Source: an uncultured Thermoplasmata archaeon
GTDB taxonomy: Archaea; Thermoplasmatota; Thermoplasmata; UBA10834
NCBI GenBank assembly: GCA_963719945.1
Contig: CAVRDX010000001.1
Span: 205,087 to 269,086 of the forward strand
Direction: 5' to 3'
Length of the DNA stretch: 64,000 nt
The translations under genes were made by a program, and so were the position numbers. The notes beneath the pieces are model-generated. The model was not told the origin of the DNA. It saw only the letters and a list, made by a program, of their open reading frames with translations, and did no database searches. How positions within the stretch are numbered: the first letter of the stretch is position 1; each line of letters starts with the position of its first letter. This document shows positions 1 to 9,374 of the stretch, piece by piece.

Positions 1-114
1 CTCGTTCTCCCGTATGAATCTGGCATCGAGCATCCGTATCACCCATGTTCAGGTTATTTGTCAATGACCTAGTTCGTATATAAAGTGTGAGCAGCGCAGA
101 ATATCTGGCATGTC

Positions 115-393
115 TCATTCCTTGGCGAGGACCACGGTCCTTCCTCTCACTTCGATCATGACAGCGTCCGCAGCCTCTGCCAAGCGAGTGCCGGCCTCAC
201 GGCGGTCCATCTCCATGTTCTGCAATAATCGGACCTTCACGATCTTATGCTTCTTGAGCTGTTTGGATACCTCGGCCACGATGCTCTCCGTTATCCCTTC
301 CTTGCCGATGTGGATCGACGGCTCCAGCTTCTGGGCCCTTCCTTTGATTCTCTTTACCATCTTCTTATCCATCGTATCATGCTCCCTCGACAT
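115..393 (-). CDS. YhbY/CRS1-family (CRM domain) RNA-binding protein
   Basis: 92-aa ORF. The KEGITESIVAEV...GRTVVLAK motif pattern is typical of YhbY/CRM domain proteins. It overlaps by a few bp with the downstream Rpp21 gene, an arrangement conserved in archaea. Confidence 0.7.
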   Translation of the reverse strand: MSREHDTMDKKMVKRIKGRAQKLEPSIHIGKEGITESIVAEVSKQLKKHKIVKVRLLQNMEMDRREAGTRLAEAADAVMIEVRGRTVVLAKE

Positions 394-703
394 TCTTGGG
401 CTTCAGCGGATATCTGAGGACATTGCCGCAGGATAGACAGGTCATTGCAACATTGCCAGACCTCGTCCTCACCCTCACATTCCTTGGAGGTGTGAAGAAC
501 ACATGGCACTCTGGGCAGTATTTCCTCTTGTGCCTTGCCCTGACCTTGTGTCTCTCATTCATCTTCAGAGCCAGGCCCACGTACCTTCGGGCTCTCTCGT
601 CATTTCCGACGAGCGCCTCCTTTTCTGCGAGTTCGAAGAGTCTATCTACTCTCTCTTCGGCTATGCTTCTCGCATCACTCTTGCTAAGGTGCCTTCGGGC
701 CAT
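377..703 (-). CDS. rnp4: Ribonuclease P protein component 4 (Rpp21/Rpr2 family)
   Basis: 108 aa with a basic N-terminal helical region and a C-terminal zinc ribbon (CPEC...CLSC). This matches the archaeal RNase P Rpp21 family. Confidence 0.75.
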   Translation of the reverse strand: MARRHLSKSDARSIAEERVDRLFELAEKEALVGNDERARRYVGLALKMNERHKVRARHKRKYCPECHVFFTPPRNVRVRTRSGNVAMTCLSCGNVLRYPLKPKNVEGA

Positions 704-866
704 ATCATACGTGGGAATGTGGTAGTCTTAGATAATCATATCCGGACAATTCACGCATGCCAGAACCCTTGGACAGCATCTAAATCAAAAGGCCGCTGTC
801 AGTGAGGTTTAAATATGACTACCATTATCCCGCAAACCTGATAGAACAATCGAACCAGGTGTTATA

Positions 867-1382
867 ATGTCACGCAAGCCAGGAAGCATGTACAGGGAAA
901 TAAAAGGGCAGGCCTACTGCCGCAGAGAGTACATGGGCGGCGTTCCAGCATCGAGGATCACCCAGTTCGAACACGGCGTGAAGGCGGACTATCCCGTAAG
1001 GATAACGCTCAGGGCCGTGGAACAGTGCCAGATCAGACACATAGCTCTCGAGGCTGCGCGTATATCTGCCAACAGATTGCTCTCGAAGAAGATTGGCACG
1101 ACTGGCTATCACCTCAAGATCAGGGTCTACCCTCACCAGGTGCTGAGAGAGAACAAGATTGCGACCGGTGCGGGAGCAGACCGTATATCCGAAGGGATGA
1201 GAGCGGCTTTCGGGAAGCCCATAGGGACTGCGGCAAGGATTCAGCCCGACCAGCAGATCATCACGCTCGAGACGACCGCGAATCACTTCGTCACCGCGAA
1301 GCTCGCGCTGAAGAGGGCAGCCATCAAATTGCCTACGCCCTGCTATATCGAAGTGGAGAAGGGTCCCGGAGCGGCCAAGTGA
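867..1382 (+). CDS. rpl10e: 50S ribosomal protein L10e (uL16)
   Basis: 171 aa. The N-terminus MSRKPGSMYREIKGQAY...RREYMGGVP and the rest of the protein match the conserved archaeal L10e/uL16 sequence. Confidence 0.9.
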   Translation: MSRKPGSMYREIKGQAYCRREYMGGVPASRITQFEHGVKADYPVRITLRAVEQCQIRHIALEAARISANRLLSKKIGTTGYHLKIRVYPHQVLRENKIATGAGADRISEGMRAAFGKPIGTAARIQPDQQIITLETTANHFVTAKLALKRAAIKLPTPCYIEVEKGPGAAK

Positions 1383-1414
1383 TTTCATCTGAGCCGGGGC
1401 GATTCCGCACAATG

Positions 1415-1420
1415 TTTTTT
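1415..1420 (+). terminator. Oligo-T tract downstream of rpl10e (archaeal-type terminator candidate)
   Basis: A TTTTTT run about 33 nt after the rpl10e stop codon on the coding strand. Archaeal terminators are typically oligo-T. Confidence 0.3.
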
Positions 1421-1507
1421 ACCATTGGTCTCTGTATCCCCAAATGTGCATCGGTGCGAGTGATTTGATTTATGCACAGACGTGAGTTGAGAATGGGGTG
1501 AGGATGT

Positions 1508-2503
1508 TTGTACGATGTTGACCTCGCCAGCGCGATATCCGAGATAAAACGACTGAAGGTCAGAGTCGTCGCTCTGCAGGTCCCTGAAGGGCTGAAGCGG
1601 AGGGCGTATCAATATGCCGAGGACATAGAGAACAAATCGGGCGCAGAGGTCGTGGTAGTGGCTGAGCCTTGTTTCGGGGCCTGCGACGTGCCCAGCTCAC
1701 TTTTCGACCTGGTCGATGCCGTAATCAATGTGGGGCATTCCTCTATCCCCTCCATCAAATTCGTGAAGCCCGTCATATTCGTCCCCGCAAGGTCCAATGT
1801 TCCGTTGATAGACCAGCTCAAGAAATCCGTTGACATGCTCACCGAACCGGTCGGTGTCCTGGCGACGACCCCTCATCTGACGGACCTAGAGCCAGTGATC
1901 GAAGGTTTGGAGAGTCTGGGCCTGAAGGTCAAACTGGGTGAAGGCGATACCAGGATATCACATGCGGGAGAAGTGCTGGGGTGCAATTACACGTCGGCGT
2001 TGTCCATCGGGAAGGATGTAAACAGCTATCTCCTGATCGGATCGGGGACATTCCACGCGCTTGGCGTACATCTCGCCACGGGCAAGAAAGTGGTTGTCTT
2101 GGACCCCAACCTCGACGCGCCTCAAGAGATTGACCAGATAAAGGACAGGATGCTGAGGCAGAGACACGCAGTGATTGAGAAGGCTCAGCGAGCACGCACA
2201 TTCGGGATAATCATCGGAGAGAAGATCGGACAGCGTCGGCTCAGACGCGCACGCGAGCTGCGCAAACTCCTGCGGTGGAAGAAGAGGGATGCTGTTCTGA
2301 TCATGATGGACAAGTTCGATCCGGATAAGTTGAAATCGCTGGGCTTCGATGCATATGTGTCAACTGCCTGTCCGAGGATTGCAGTCGATGATGTCGCCAT
2401 GTACGACAAGCCGCTTCTTACCCCTCAGGAACTCGAGATAGTCCTTGGGGTGCGGGAGTGGGAGAACTACGTCTTCGACCAGATGACCGACGACGAATTC
2501 TGA
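1508..2503 (+). CDS. dph2: Diphthamide biosynthesis enzyme Dph2 (2-(3-amino-3-carboxypropyl)histidine synthase)
   Basis: 331 aa. It has the three-domain Dph2 layout with conserved Cys residues and an SGTFHALG-like motif. Size and N-terminus are typical of archaeal Dph2. Confidence 0.85.
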   Translation: MYDVDLASAISEIKRLKVRVVALQVPEGLKRRAYQYAEDIENKSGAEVVVVAEPCFGACDVPSSLFDLVDAVINVGHSSIPSIKFVKPVIFVPARSNVPLIDQLKKSVDMLTEPVGVLATTPHLTDLEPVIEGLESLGLKVKLGEGDTRISHAGEVLGCNYTSALSIGKDVNSYLLIGSGTFHALGVHLATGKKVVVLDPNLDAPQEIDQIKDRMLRQRHAVIEKAQRARTFGIIIGEKIGQRRLRRARELRKLLRWKKRDAVLIMMDKFDPDKLKSLGFDAYVSTACPRIAVDDVAMYDKPLLTPQELEIVLGVREWENYVFDQMTDDEF

Positions 2504-2507
2504 ATGG

Positions 2508-3272
2508 TTGGTGCTGGACCTGATCGATATCGACGCCCTTCTCAGGCGGGGATGTGAATCCCATGCTCGGATAGGGATAGGTGCCTCCAAGGAGCTATTT
2601 GAATCCACAAGATCGCGTCTCGCATCGAAGGCATGCACTATCGAACTAGTTCGATTCGACTCACCTGAGGAGCTCGTCCGCGCACTATCGTCTGAAGACG
2701 TCGATGCTGCAGTCCGTGGCACTCTTCCTTCGTCCTCTCTGCTATCCGAGCTGAAGTCCTCGTTCGACCTGTCTGAGATCATGCGAACTGCGATAATGCG
2801 TACTTTGGACGACCGCACTTTTATGCTCACACCTGTCGGAATAGACGAAGGAAAGAATGCTTTTTTGAAAATGTCACTGATTCGAACCACCATTGACTAT
2901 TTCTCTCGCGCCGGCTGGTCTCTTTCGGTCGGTGTTCTGTCCAAGGGCCGCATGGATGACGTGCACAGGGGAGAGGAGATCGAGCGCAGCATCACGGAAG
3001 GCGTGGAGATGGTCAAGGCCCTTCGGTCGGAAGGGGTCGACGCCGAGCATTATGCGATACTGTTGGAGAAGGCTCTAGGTGAGAGGGATATCATAGTTGC
3101 CCCCGATGGAATCTCGGGCAATCTCATATTCCGCGCCCTGCACCTCATTGGAGGCTGCGAGGCTTTCGGCGCACCCGTCGTCAATATGGACGCGATTTTT
3201 GTCGACACTTCCAGGGCGAAATCCGACTTCTCGGACGCGGTGATGCTGGCTGCCGGCCTGAAACTTTTATAA
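2508..3272 (+). CDS. Hypothetical protein, possibly a phosphate acyl/acetyltransferase (PTA/PlsX)-like fold
   Basis: 254-aa ORF lying 5 bp after dph2, so probably co-transcribed. The C-terminal segment GISGNLIFRALHLIGG weakly resembles the GN..YK motif region of the PTA/PlsX superfamily. The assignment is tentative. Confidence 0.3.
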   Translation: MVLDLIDIDALLRRGCESHARIGIGASKELFESTRSRLASKACTIELVRFDSPEELVRALSSEDVDAAVRGTLPSSSLLSELKSSFDLSEIMRTAIMRTLDDRTFMLTPVGIDEGKNAFLKMSLIRTTIDYFSRAGWSLSVGVLSKGRMDDVHRGEEIERSITEGVEMVKALRSEGVDAEHYAILLEKALGERDIIVAPDGISGNLIFRALHLIGGCEAFGAPVVNMDAIFVDTSRAKSDFSDAVMLAAGLKLL

Positions 3273-3296
3273 TGCCCCCTGAGCTATCCCATCACG

Positions 3297-3764
3297 ATGA
3301 GGCTTGAGATTAACGGCTGGAGTTCGAAGATAACATTCTCCGCGACTCATATCATTCCCGGACATCAGAAGTGCGGTCGCCTGCACGGACACGATTATGC
3401 CATAAACGCAGCAGTCTTCGGCGTGGTAGGGGTCGGAGGCGTCATTGTGGATTTCATCAGCCTTAAGGAGTTCTTGAGGGGCGTGGCCAATGAACTCGAC
3501 CACAAGATCCTGATCCCGATGAAGGACACTTCGGTCGAGATATCAGGCGATACTGTGAGATACACTGCTTGTGGGAAGCACTACAGCTTCCCGAAGGTCG
3601 ACTGCGCTCTCCTGGACCTGGAGGTTGCCTCCGCAGAAGGGTTGGCTGAATACGTCCTCAGGACCTTGTTGAGCAAGATGAAGTTCCCAGCTAATGTCAA
3701 ACGTGTGGAACTCGGAGTGGATGAGGGTAGGGGTCAAGGTGTCTGGACCGGCCTTGATTTGTGA
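3297..3764 (+). CDS. queD: 6-carboxy-5,6,7,8-tetrahydropterin synthase (QueD, PTPS family)
   Basis: 155 aa. The CGRLHGH motif (Cys and His-x-His zinc ligands) is diagnostic of the 6-pyruvoyl-tetrahydropterin synthase fold. It is adjacent to queC and queE. Confidence 0.8.
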   Translation: MRLEINGWSSKITFSATHIIPGHQKCGRLHGHDYAINAAVFGVVGVGGVIVDFISLKEFLRGVANELDHKILIPMKDTSVEISGDTVRYTACGKHYSFPKVDCALLDLEVASAEGLAEYVLRTLLSKMKFPANVKRVELGVDEGRGQGVWTGLDL

Positions 3765-3782
3765 ACCTGGCGGTGATGAAAG

Positions 3783-4469
3783 ATGACGAAATCGGTCGTC
3801 TTGCTTTCTGGAGGGCTCGACTCTTCCACGGTCCTCGCTATCGCCAGAAGCAGAGGTCTCGATGTGATTGCCTTGACATTTGATTATGGTCAGAGGCACG
3901 TTCGAGAGATAGAGAGTGCTCGAAAGGTCGCGTCCTATCTTGGTTGTTCTGATCATCTGATCATTCATCTCCCTATCGGGGAGTTGCTATCTGGCTCCCT
4001 CACAGATCCTGGTGAGAAGGTGCCGGAAGGCAGAACTCCGAGCGAGATGACGAACGGCATCCCAAACACCTACGTCCCAGCCAGGAACATCATATTCCTC
4101 AGCATAGGTGCATCCATAGCTGAGAGCATGGGCGCGGAATCCATATTCATCGCGGCAAACGCGGTGGACTACAGCGGGTATCCTGATTGTACCCCCGAGT
4201 TCATAGAATCGTTCCAGAGGATGCTCGATGTTGGCACCAAGGTCGGAAGGGCGGGTCGTGGAACAAGGGTCGAAGCTCCGATAATCAAGATGTCGAAGGG
4301 TGATATCGTGCGGACCGCATCGCAGCTCGGCGTACCGTTGGAACTGACTTGGAGCTGCTACAATGGGAACGAGAAGGCATGCGGTAGGTGCGATTCCTGC
4401 ACTCTCAGGCTCCAGGGATTCTCGGAAGCTGGCTTAAATGACCCATTAGAGTACGAGGTGATTGAATGA
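3783..4469 (+). CDS. queC: 7-cyano-7-deazaguanine synthase (QueC)
   Basis: 228 aa. It has the N-terminal SGGLDSS PP-loop and the C-terminal CGRCDSC zinc cluster of QueC. Confidence 0.9.
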   Translation: MTKSVVLLSGGLDSSTVLAIARSRGLDVIALTFDYGQRHVREIESARKVASYLGCSDHLIIHLPIGELLSGSLTDPGEKVPEGRTPSEMTNGIPNTYVPARNIIFLSIGASIAESMGAESIFIAANAVDYSGYPDCTPEFIESFQRMLDVGTKVGRAGRGTRVEAPIIKMSKGDIVRTASQLGVPLELTWSCYNGNEKACGRCDSCTLRLQGFSEAGLNDPLEYEVIE

Positions 4470-5095
4470 AGGTTTACTCGATATTCAGATCGATACAAGG
4501 TGAGGGAATTACGATGGGCGCACCGACGACTTTCATAAGGACATCAGGCTGCCCCCTTAGATGCACCTACTGCGATACGCCGCAGGCTTTCGACAAAGGC
4601 AAAGAGATGACCATTGAATCTATACTAGCCGATGTGGAGGAAAACAGAACCTCGCACGTCTGCCTTACAGGCGGTGAGCCATTGGCTCAGAAGGAATCTA
4701 TCCAGCTCGTGGAGGCGATCCTGAACCAGGGCTATCACCTGGTGCTCGAGACAAACGGTGCTATGCCATTGGATGACCTCCCCTGTGTCGAGAATCTCAC
4801 CATCAGCATGGATATCAAGGGCCCTTCCTCCGGTGAATCGGATAAGATGTTGTTCTCGAATATCGAAATGCTCGGTCCTTCTGATCAGCTGAAGTTCATC
4901 ATCTCTGACGAGGCCGATTACGCGTATGCCAAGGACGTCATCCGGAAGTACTCCCCGAAGTGCGAGATCATAATCACACCGGTCGGAGGGACCGACCTCA
5001 AATGGTTGGCGGAGATCGTGCTCGAGGACCGTCTTGACGCGCGCGTCATGCCTCAATTGCACAAGATCATCTGGGGCGATGAGGACAACAAGTGA
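4466..5095 (+). CDS. queE: 7-carboxy-7-deazaguanine synthase (QueE, radical SAM)
   Basis: 209 aa with the CPLRCTYCDT radical-SAM cluster motif typical of QueE. Its start overlaps the queC stop by 4 bp (ATGA), indicating operonic coupling. Confidence 0.85.
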   Translation: MKVYSIFRSIQGEGITMGAPTTFIRTSGCPLRCTYCDTPQAFDKGKEMTIESILADVEENRTSHVCLTGGEPLAQKESIQLVEAILNQGYHLVLETNGAMPLDDLPCVENLTISMDIKGPSSGESDKMLFSNIEMLGPSDQLKFIISDEADYAYAKDVIRKYSPKCEIIITPVGGTDLKWLAEIVLEDRLDARVMPQLHKIIWGDEDNK

Positions 5096-5101
5096 TGCCG
5101 G

Positions 5102-6940
5102 TCAGCCTCGGAACACCGGCCTTTTGGACAGCATCCTGGGAAGAGGCAGTCTGGCCTTCGGGTAGCTGCCGGACAATCTCTCGATCTCTTTCGCGAGTTC
5201 CTCTTTAGTCATCTCCTTCATCTCGCCGGATCTGAATCTGATTGGTATCTTCTCTGATGCGCGTTCCTTTTCTCCGAGCACGATTATGATCGGGATCCAT
5301 TCCCTTTCGGCGTTCCTGATCTTCTTGCCGACCTTATCGTCCGTGTCGTCGATATCCACTCTTCCGGGAATGGATTCAGCCAACTTCTCGCAGTCCTCGA
5401 TGAATTCCTGGCCCACAGGCAGAATCCTCACCTGGGTTGGAGAGAGCCAGAATGGCAGGCTCGGCTTCTCGTGCTTGAGTGCCTCCTCGAGGAGCACGTA
5501 GATCCACCTCTCTATTGAGCCGATGGACGAATGGCATATGATGCACCCTTTCTTCTTGCCCTCGTCATCCGTGTACACGATTCCGTATCTCTCCGCATCT
5601 GCGACATCCAATTGGACCGTGCTTAGCTGGACGGCACCTCCGACAGAATCGATCCCCTGGAATTCATGCTTGACCGCCCAGTAGTGCTTCATCTCCGAGA
5701 GCACTTCGATCAGAGCGGGTTTATTTGAATACTTCAGCAGTTCGATTATGTGTTCCTTGTACTTGTCGTAGAACTCCTTGACCACTCGGAACGCCACTGC
5801 GTATTCGACACCTGTTCCGTCCGCTAGGTCCGCGTAGTTCCTGTACAGGAGCATGTACTCCTTCCAACCCTCGTCGATGTCCTTTACGAAGCAATGAATA
5901 TCCGGCATGTGGAACGCTCTCAGGCGCTTGAGGCCTGTGAGCTCGCCCCTCTGCTCCAGCCGGAAACTCTTCGAGAACTCGTATATCCTCAGTGGGAGGT
6001 TCTTGTAGCTGACAGTCGCCCCCTTCATCATCCTGAACAATCCGAAATCGCCAGCGAATCTGAGCACGAACTCTCTCTTCTCATCAGTCTTCAGCGTGTA
6101 ATGCCGCTCATGGAACGACATCCCCTGGCTCCGAATGTCTGGCATAGACCAATCGTATAGGATGGGCGTGTCGATCTGCATGGCGCCTACTTTATCGAGG
6201 GCGATCTGCTCCGCCCAACTCTCAAGCAGGCTGAATATGAGGTGCCCTTTCGGGAACATCCTGAAATGCCCTCGATCGCTCGCTTCCTCATAGTCAACGA
6301 GCTCCAATCTCTGCATCGCTTTGATTGATGGGGGCTCGACACCCTTTGTCCGGCCGACCTCCTCTGATATTACAAAAGTCTTCAGAGAAGGGTATTTGTC
6401 GAGTATATGGGCGGATTCGATATTCTCAAAATCGATCCGATGCTCCTCTCCTTCGGGCGTGAGGATGAGGAACTCGCTCCTGATCTTCTCCACGATCTCT
6501 TCTCGTGTGACCTTCTCATCGACCGAGAACTCTCTCGAAAGCTCAGATAGTGGGTGTCCCTTGCAGCTGATCTTGAACGCTTTATACCATCCGAAAGGCG
6601 ATCTGTGGATATCGATCCCTTTAGTGGCTACGGCTGCCTCGGTGGCTTTCAGCACTTCGATCGCTTTGTCCGGGGTCGCTAGGTCTGAGCTCAGATGTGC
6701 GTATGGGTAGAGCACAACGCTCCTGGCCTCGACTTTTCCGAACACTTCGGCAATATCGTCAGCGGCTACCGATGCTATCGCTTCTGCATTATCATCTGAG
6801 GATTCGACCGTGGCGAAGACCACCAATGGCTCATCGAAGGAATGCCTTTTGGGCTGACCTTCGGCCAATTTCTCGGCCATCTTCGTCGGGTCCTTGACTT
6901 CGTATTGGAAGCTGTCTGCATGAATGAGGAGTACCCTCAT
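5102..6940 (-). CDS. thrS: Threonyl-tRNA synthetase, archaeal type
   Basis: 612 aa. It has a class II aaRS core, a C-terminal anticodon-binding domain and an archaeal-type N-terminal editing domain. Its sequence is typical of archaeal ThrRS. Confidence 0.9.
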   Translation of the reverse strand: MRVLLIHADSFQYEVKDPTKMAEKLAEGQPKRHSFDEPLVVFATVESSDDNAEAIASVAADDIAEVFGKVEARSVVLYPYAHLSSDLATPDKAIEVLKATEAAVATKGIDIHRSPFGWYKAFKISCKGHPLSELSREFSVDEKVTREEIVEKIRSEFLILTPEGEEHRIDFENIESAHILDKYPSLKTFVISEEVGRTKGVEPPSIKAMQRLELVDYEEASDRGHFRMFPKGHLIFSLLESWAEQIALDKVGAMQIDTPILYDWSMPDIRSQGMSFHERHYTLKTDEKREFVLRFAGDFGLFRMMKGATVSYKNLPLRIYEFSKSFRLEQRGELTGLKRLRAFHMPDIHCFVKDIDEGWKEYMLLYRNYADLADGTGVEYAVAFRVVKEFYDKYKEHIIELLKYSNKPALIEVLSEMKHYWAVKHEFQGIDSVGGAVQLSTVQLDVADAERYGIVYTDDEGKKKGCIICHSSIGSIERWIYVLLEEALKHEKPSLPFWLSPTQVRILPVGQEFIEDCEKLAESIPGRVDIDDTDDKVGKKIRNAEREWIPIIIVLGEKERASEKIPIRFRSGEMKEMTKEELAKEIERLSGSYPKARLPLPRMLSKRPVFRG

Positions 6941-7029
6941 GGTAACCGGCGTGAAATGACTAGCTGGGTATTAAAATGATTCATTTGCCTGTGGCGACTC
7001 GCTAATCCCTAGAGAAATATTCATGCTCC

Positions 7030-8202
7030 TTGGCCCATACGGTATTCGTGGCGCCTTCCCCAATCAGGAGAGTAGTTCGTGTGGATTCGAGTGGTGATTC
7101 AGGTGCAGTGTCCCCTGTCGTGGGACCATCCAGGCAGGATGCAAGTTCCATTAATGGGTCAAATATCCGAACTCACAGAGCCGTCTGTGTCGCGCTTCCC
7201 CACGAAGGGAAACCAACGAAGATATTCGGCGATAACCCTTCCGAATTCATATCATCCCTGAAGACCGCCAGTTTGGGTTGGGTCAATTTCATGGTGGACG
7301 ACCTTGGGAGGGATGCCGCCGAGATAGCGGTGAAGTTCGGGTTCAGCGATTCGATGGTCCCCACATTGCTAAAAGGGTATCACTCTGCGTTCGAAGACAG
7401 GGATACCGAGATGGGGATCATGGTCCCCGCTGTCAAGGTGTCCAAGCTGGATGTCAGTATATTCCCTCTGCTCATACTCGTCAGGAAAGATCTTATCGTC
7501 ACCATCCACAGCCGAGACATAGAGCGACTGATATTGTTCTCCCGCTATGCCGATGTATTCCTGCGGAAGCTGCCTGAGCGCATGGGCCAGCAGGATCGAT
7601 TGACCATGATGCTCGTAAGGATACTCGACGAGAATAACTCTCACAATTTCGAACATCTGCGCGAGATTGAGGAGCAGGCGGATGATATGAGTGAGCTGCT
7701 CCTCGACCCGGAGTCACCCAGAATGGAGATAGGGCGCAAGATATACGAGCTCAAGCACGCCCTGATAACCTACCTGAACAGCCTGTGGCGGACGATGGAT
7801 GTGCTGCATTCGCTCAGATATGGCGATGCGGAACTCATAACAGACAATCCTAAGGTTCTAGCGAAGGTCGGCCTTCTCGTTGAGGATGTCAATCGACAGA
7901 TATCCCTCAGTGAGCACATGTCCGAGGTGCTCGCGTCGGGGCTGGAGGTTCTGCAGGCGCTCTACAACAACCAACTTCAGACCCTGAACAATCGCATGGC
8001 ATTGACGATGACTTGGTTGACGATCCTGGGCACGGCCGTTCTGGTCCCCAATACTATTGCCACCGTGGTGGGTTCGATAGCTGGAATGGATTCCAATACT
8101 CTCATATGGTATATCACGGTCCTATCTCTGTGCACCCTCAACGCAACCTATCTTGCATACTGGTGGGTAAAGCGGTGGGTCCACTTGCCCAAAGGTGCGT
8201 AA
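7030..8202 (+). CDS. CorA-family divalent cation transporter, atypical (GMD in place of GMN)
   Basis: 390-aa ORF. The C-terminus has two TM helices flanking the segment VVGSIAGMDSN, where the canonical CorA signature would be GMN. It carries the long helical cytoplasmic domain with acidic patches seen in CorA. The first ~70 codons look non-conserved, and the true start may be internal (e.g. MVDDLGRD). Confidence 0.55.
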   Translation: MAHTVFVAPSPIRRVVRVDSSGDSGAVSPVVGPSRQDASSINGSNIRTHRAVCVALPHEGKPTKIFGDNPSEFISSLKTASLGWVNFMVDDLGRDAAEIAVKFGFSDSMVPTLLKGYHSAFEDRDTEMGIMVPAVKVSKLDVSIFPLLILVRKDLIVTIHSRDIERLILFSRYADVFLRKLPERMGQQDRLTMMLVRILDENNSHNFEHLREIEEQADDMSELLLDPESPRMEIGRKIYELKHALITYLNSLWRTMDVLHSLRYGDAELITDNPKVLAKVGLLVEDVNRQISLSEHMSEVLASGLEVLQALYNNQLQTLNNRMALTMTWLTILGTAVLVPNTIATVVGSIAGMDSNTLIWYITVLSLCTLNATYLAYWWVKRWVHLPKGA

Positions 8203-8238
8203 TTCCTGCCTAACCCGTTCGCCGATACACATTTTACC

Positions 8239-8649
8239 ATGGCGAATCATAAGGTGCTGAGGATTGGAACTTTGAAGGAATTCGATGTCTACGTCCAGGA
8301 TAAGCCTGGTGAGCTGGCTAAGGTCTGTGAGATCTTCGGCAACAACGGCGTCAACATCAAGGCGATATCCAGCGAACGCAGTGGTCTCAAACCGATCATA
8401 CGGGTCGTGACCGACGATGAGACCACCGCAAGTTCTGCGCTGGAAAGATCTGGCATAAGTTACGACCTCAGGGAGGTCCTATCCCTGAGGATATCCGATC
8501 GCCCTGGCGAGCTCGGAAAGATTGCCAGAAAGCTCGCAAGAGCTATGGTCAACGTAGATTCCATCTACATTCTAGGAAAGGACGACGGCATCACGGAGAT
8601 GGCGTTCACCGTCGACAACCTGCGGAAGGCTGAGCAAGCACTCCGATGA
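8239..8649 (+). CDS. Tandem ACT-domain protein
   Basis: 136 aa. Two ~65-aa halves each have the ACT beta-alpha-beta-beta-alpha-beta pattern (VYVQDKPGELAKV... and LRISDRPGELGKI...). Confidence 0.6.
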   Translation: MANHKVLRIGTLKEFDVYVQDKPGELAKVCEIFGNNGVNIKAISSERSGLKPIIRVVTDDETTASSALERSGISYDLREVLSLRISDRPGELGKIARKLARAMVNVDSIYILGKDDGITEMAFTVDNLRKAEQALR

Positions 8650-8690
8650 ACCATCTAGTATCTAGATGGGGCGTCTTTCTTCAATGGTTC

Positions 8691-9074
8691 CTAGTCCAGG
8701 CTCTTTCCCCTTTTGACAAGGATCTCTTCTAGGTGGTTCCTCGCATCTCTGACTTTAGCCAACTCATCATGGGTCAGATCGAGTCTCAGAACGTGTGACC
8801 ATACCTTCGACAACGCATGATATGACTCTCTGATCAATTCCAAGTCTTCATCGAAATTCTTTACTGGCTCTACCTTCTCCTCTATGATAAGGCGGTACAT
8901 GGCATTCCTGCCAATCTTATTCCTCTCTACGACATTCTTCTTCTCCAACTTCTGGAGTGCCTGGGTAGCTCCTGATTGAGTGATCCCGAGTTCTCTGGCA
9001 AGGAGGGTCGGAGAATTGGTGCCTTTTCTGAGGATTTCTACAATGTGTCTCTCTCTATCGGTCAAATCCATCAT
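8691..9074 (-). CDS. Winged-helix transcriptional regulator
   Basis: 127 aa with an N-terminal HTH (RHIVEILRKG...TLLARELGITQSGATQALQKLEKKNVV) followed by a helical C-terminus. Confidence 0.55.
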   Translation of the reverse strand: MMDLTDRERHIVEILRKGTNSPTLLARELGITQSGATQALQKLEKKNVVERNKIGRNAMYRLIIEEKVEPVKNFDEDLELIRESYHALSKVWSHVLRLDLTHDELAKVRDARNHLEEILVKRGKSLD

Positions 9075-9374
9075 TTCACACCCATAAGTGATGTATTAGC
9101 GGGTACTTATGCGAACTTATACATGCTTATGTGTACGTCTGTGGCGAGGTAATGTATCTCCCCCAGAAATATCCTTCGCGAACGTTGCCAGGTTTTGCAA
9201 CAATTTCGCTTAAAGGTTGATGCAATGCATAAGTAATGTCCGCAACACCTTCGCATGATTCGACAAGGTGGATTCGGCCGACTGTTGAAGCTATGATTCT
9301 CTATGAAATCGACCGAAACATCTCTAAGAAACTGTGAAAATGGTTTGTTTCTAGCCTTTGCGAGTGGTATTCGA

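Noticed and set aside
110-805. Overlapping plus-strand ORFs (110-436, 396-725, 503-805) across the yhbY/rnp4 locus
   Set aside because: They are antisense to two well-supported conserved genes, have low-complexity Ser/Leu-rich translations and no motifs. They are artefacts of GC-rich codon usage.
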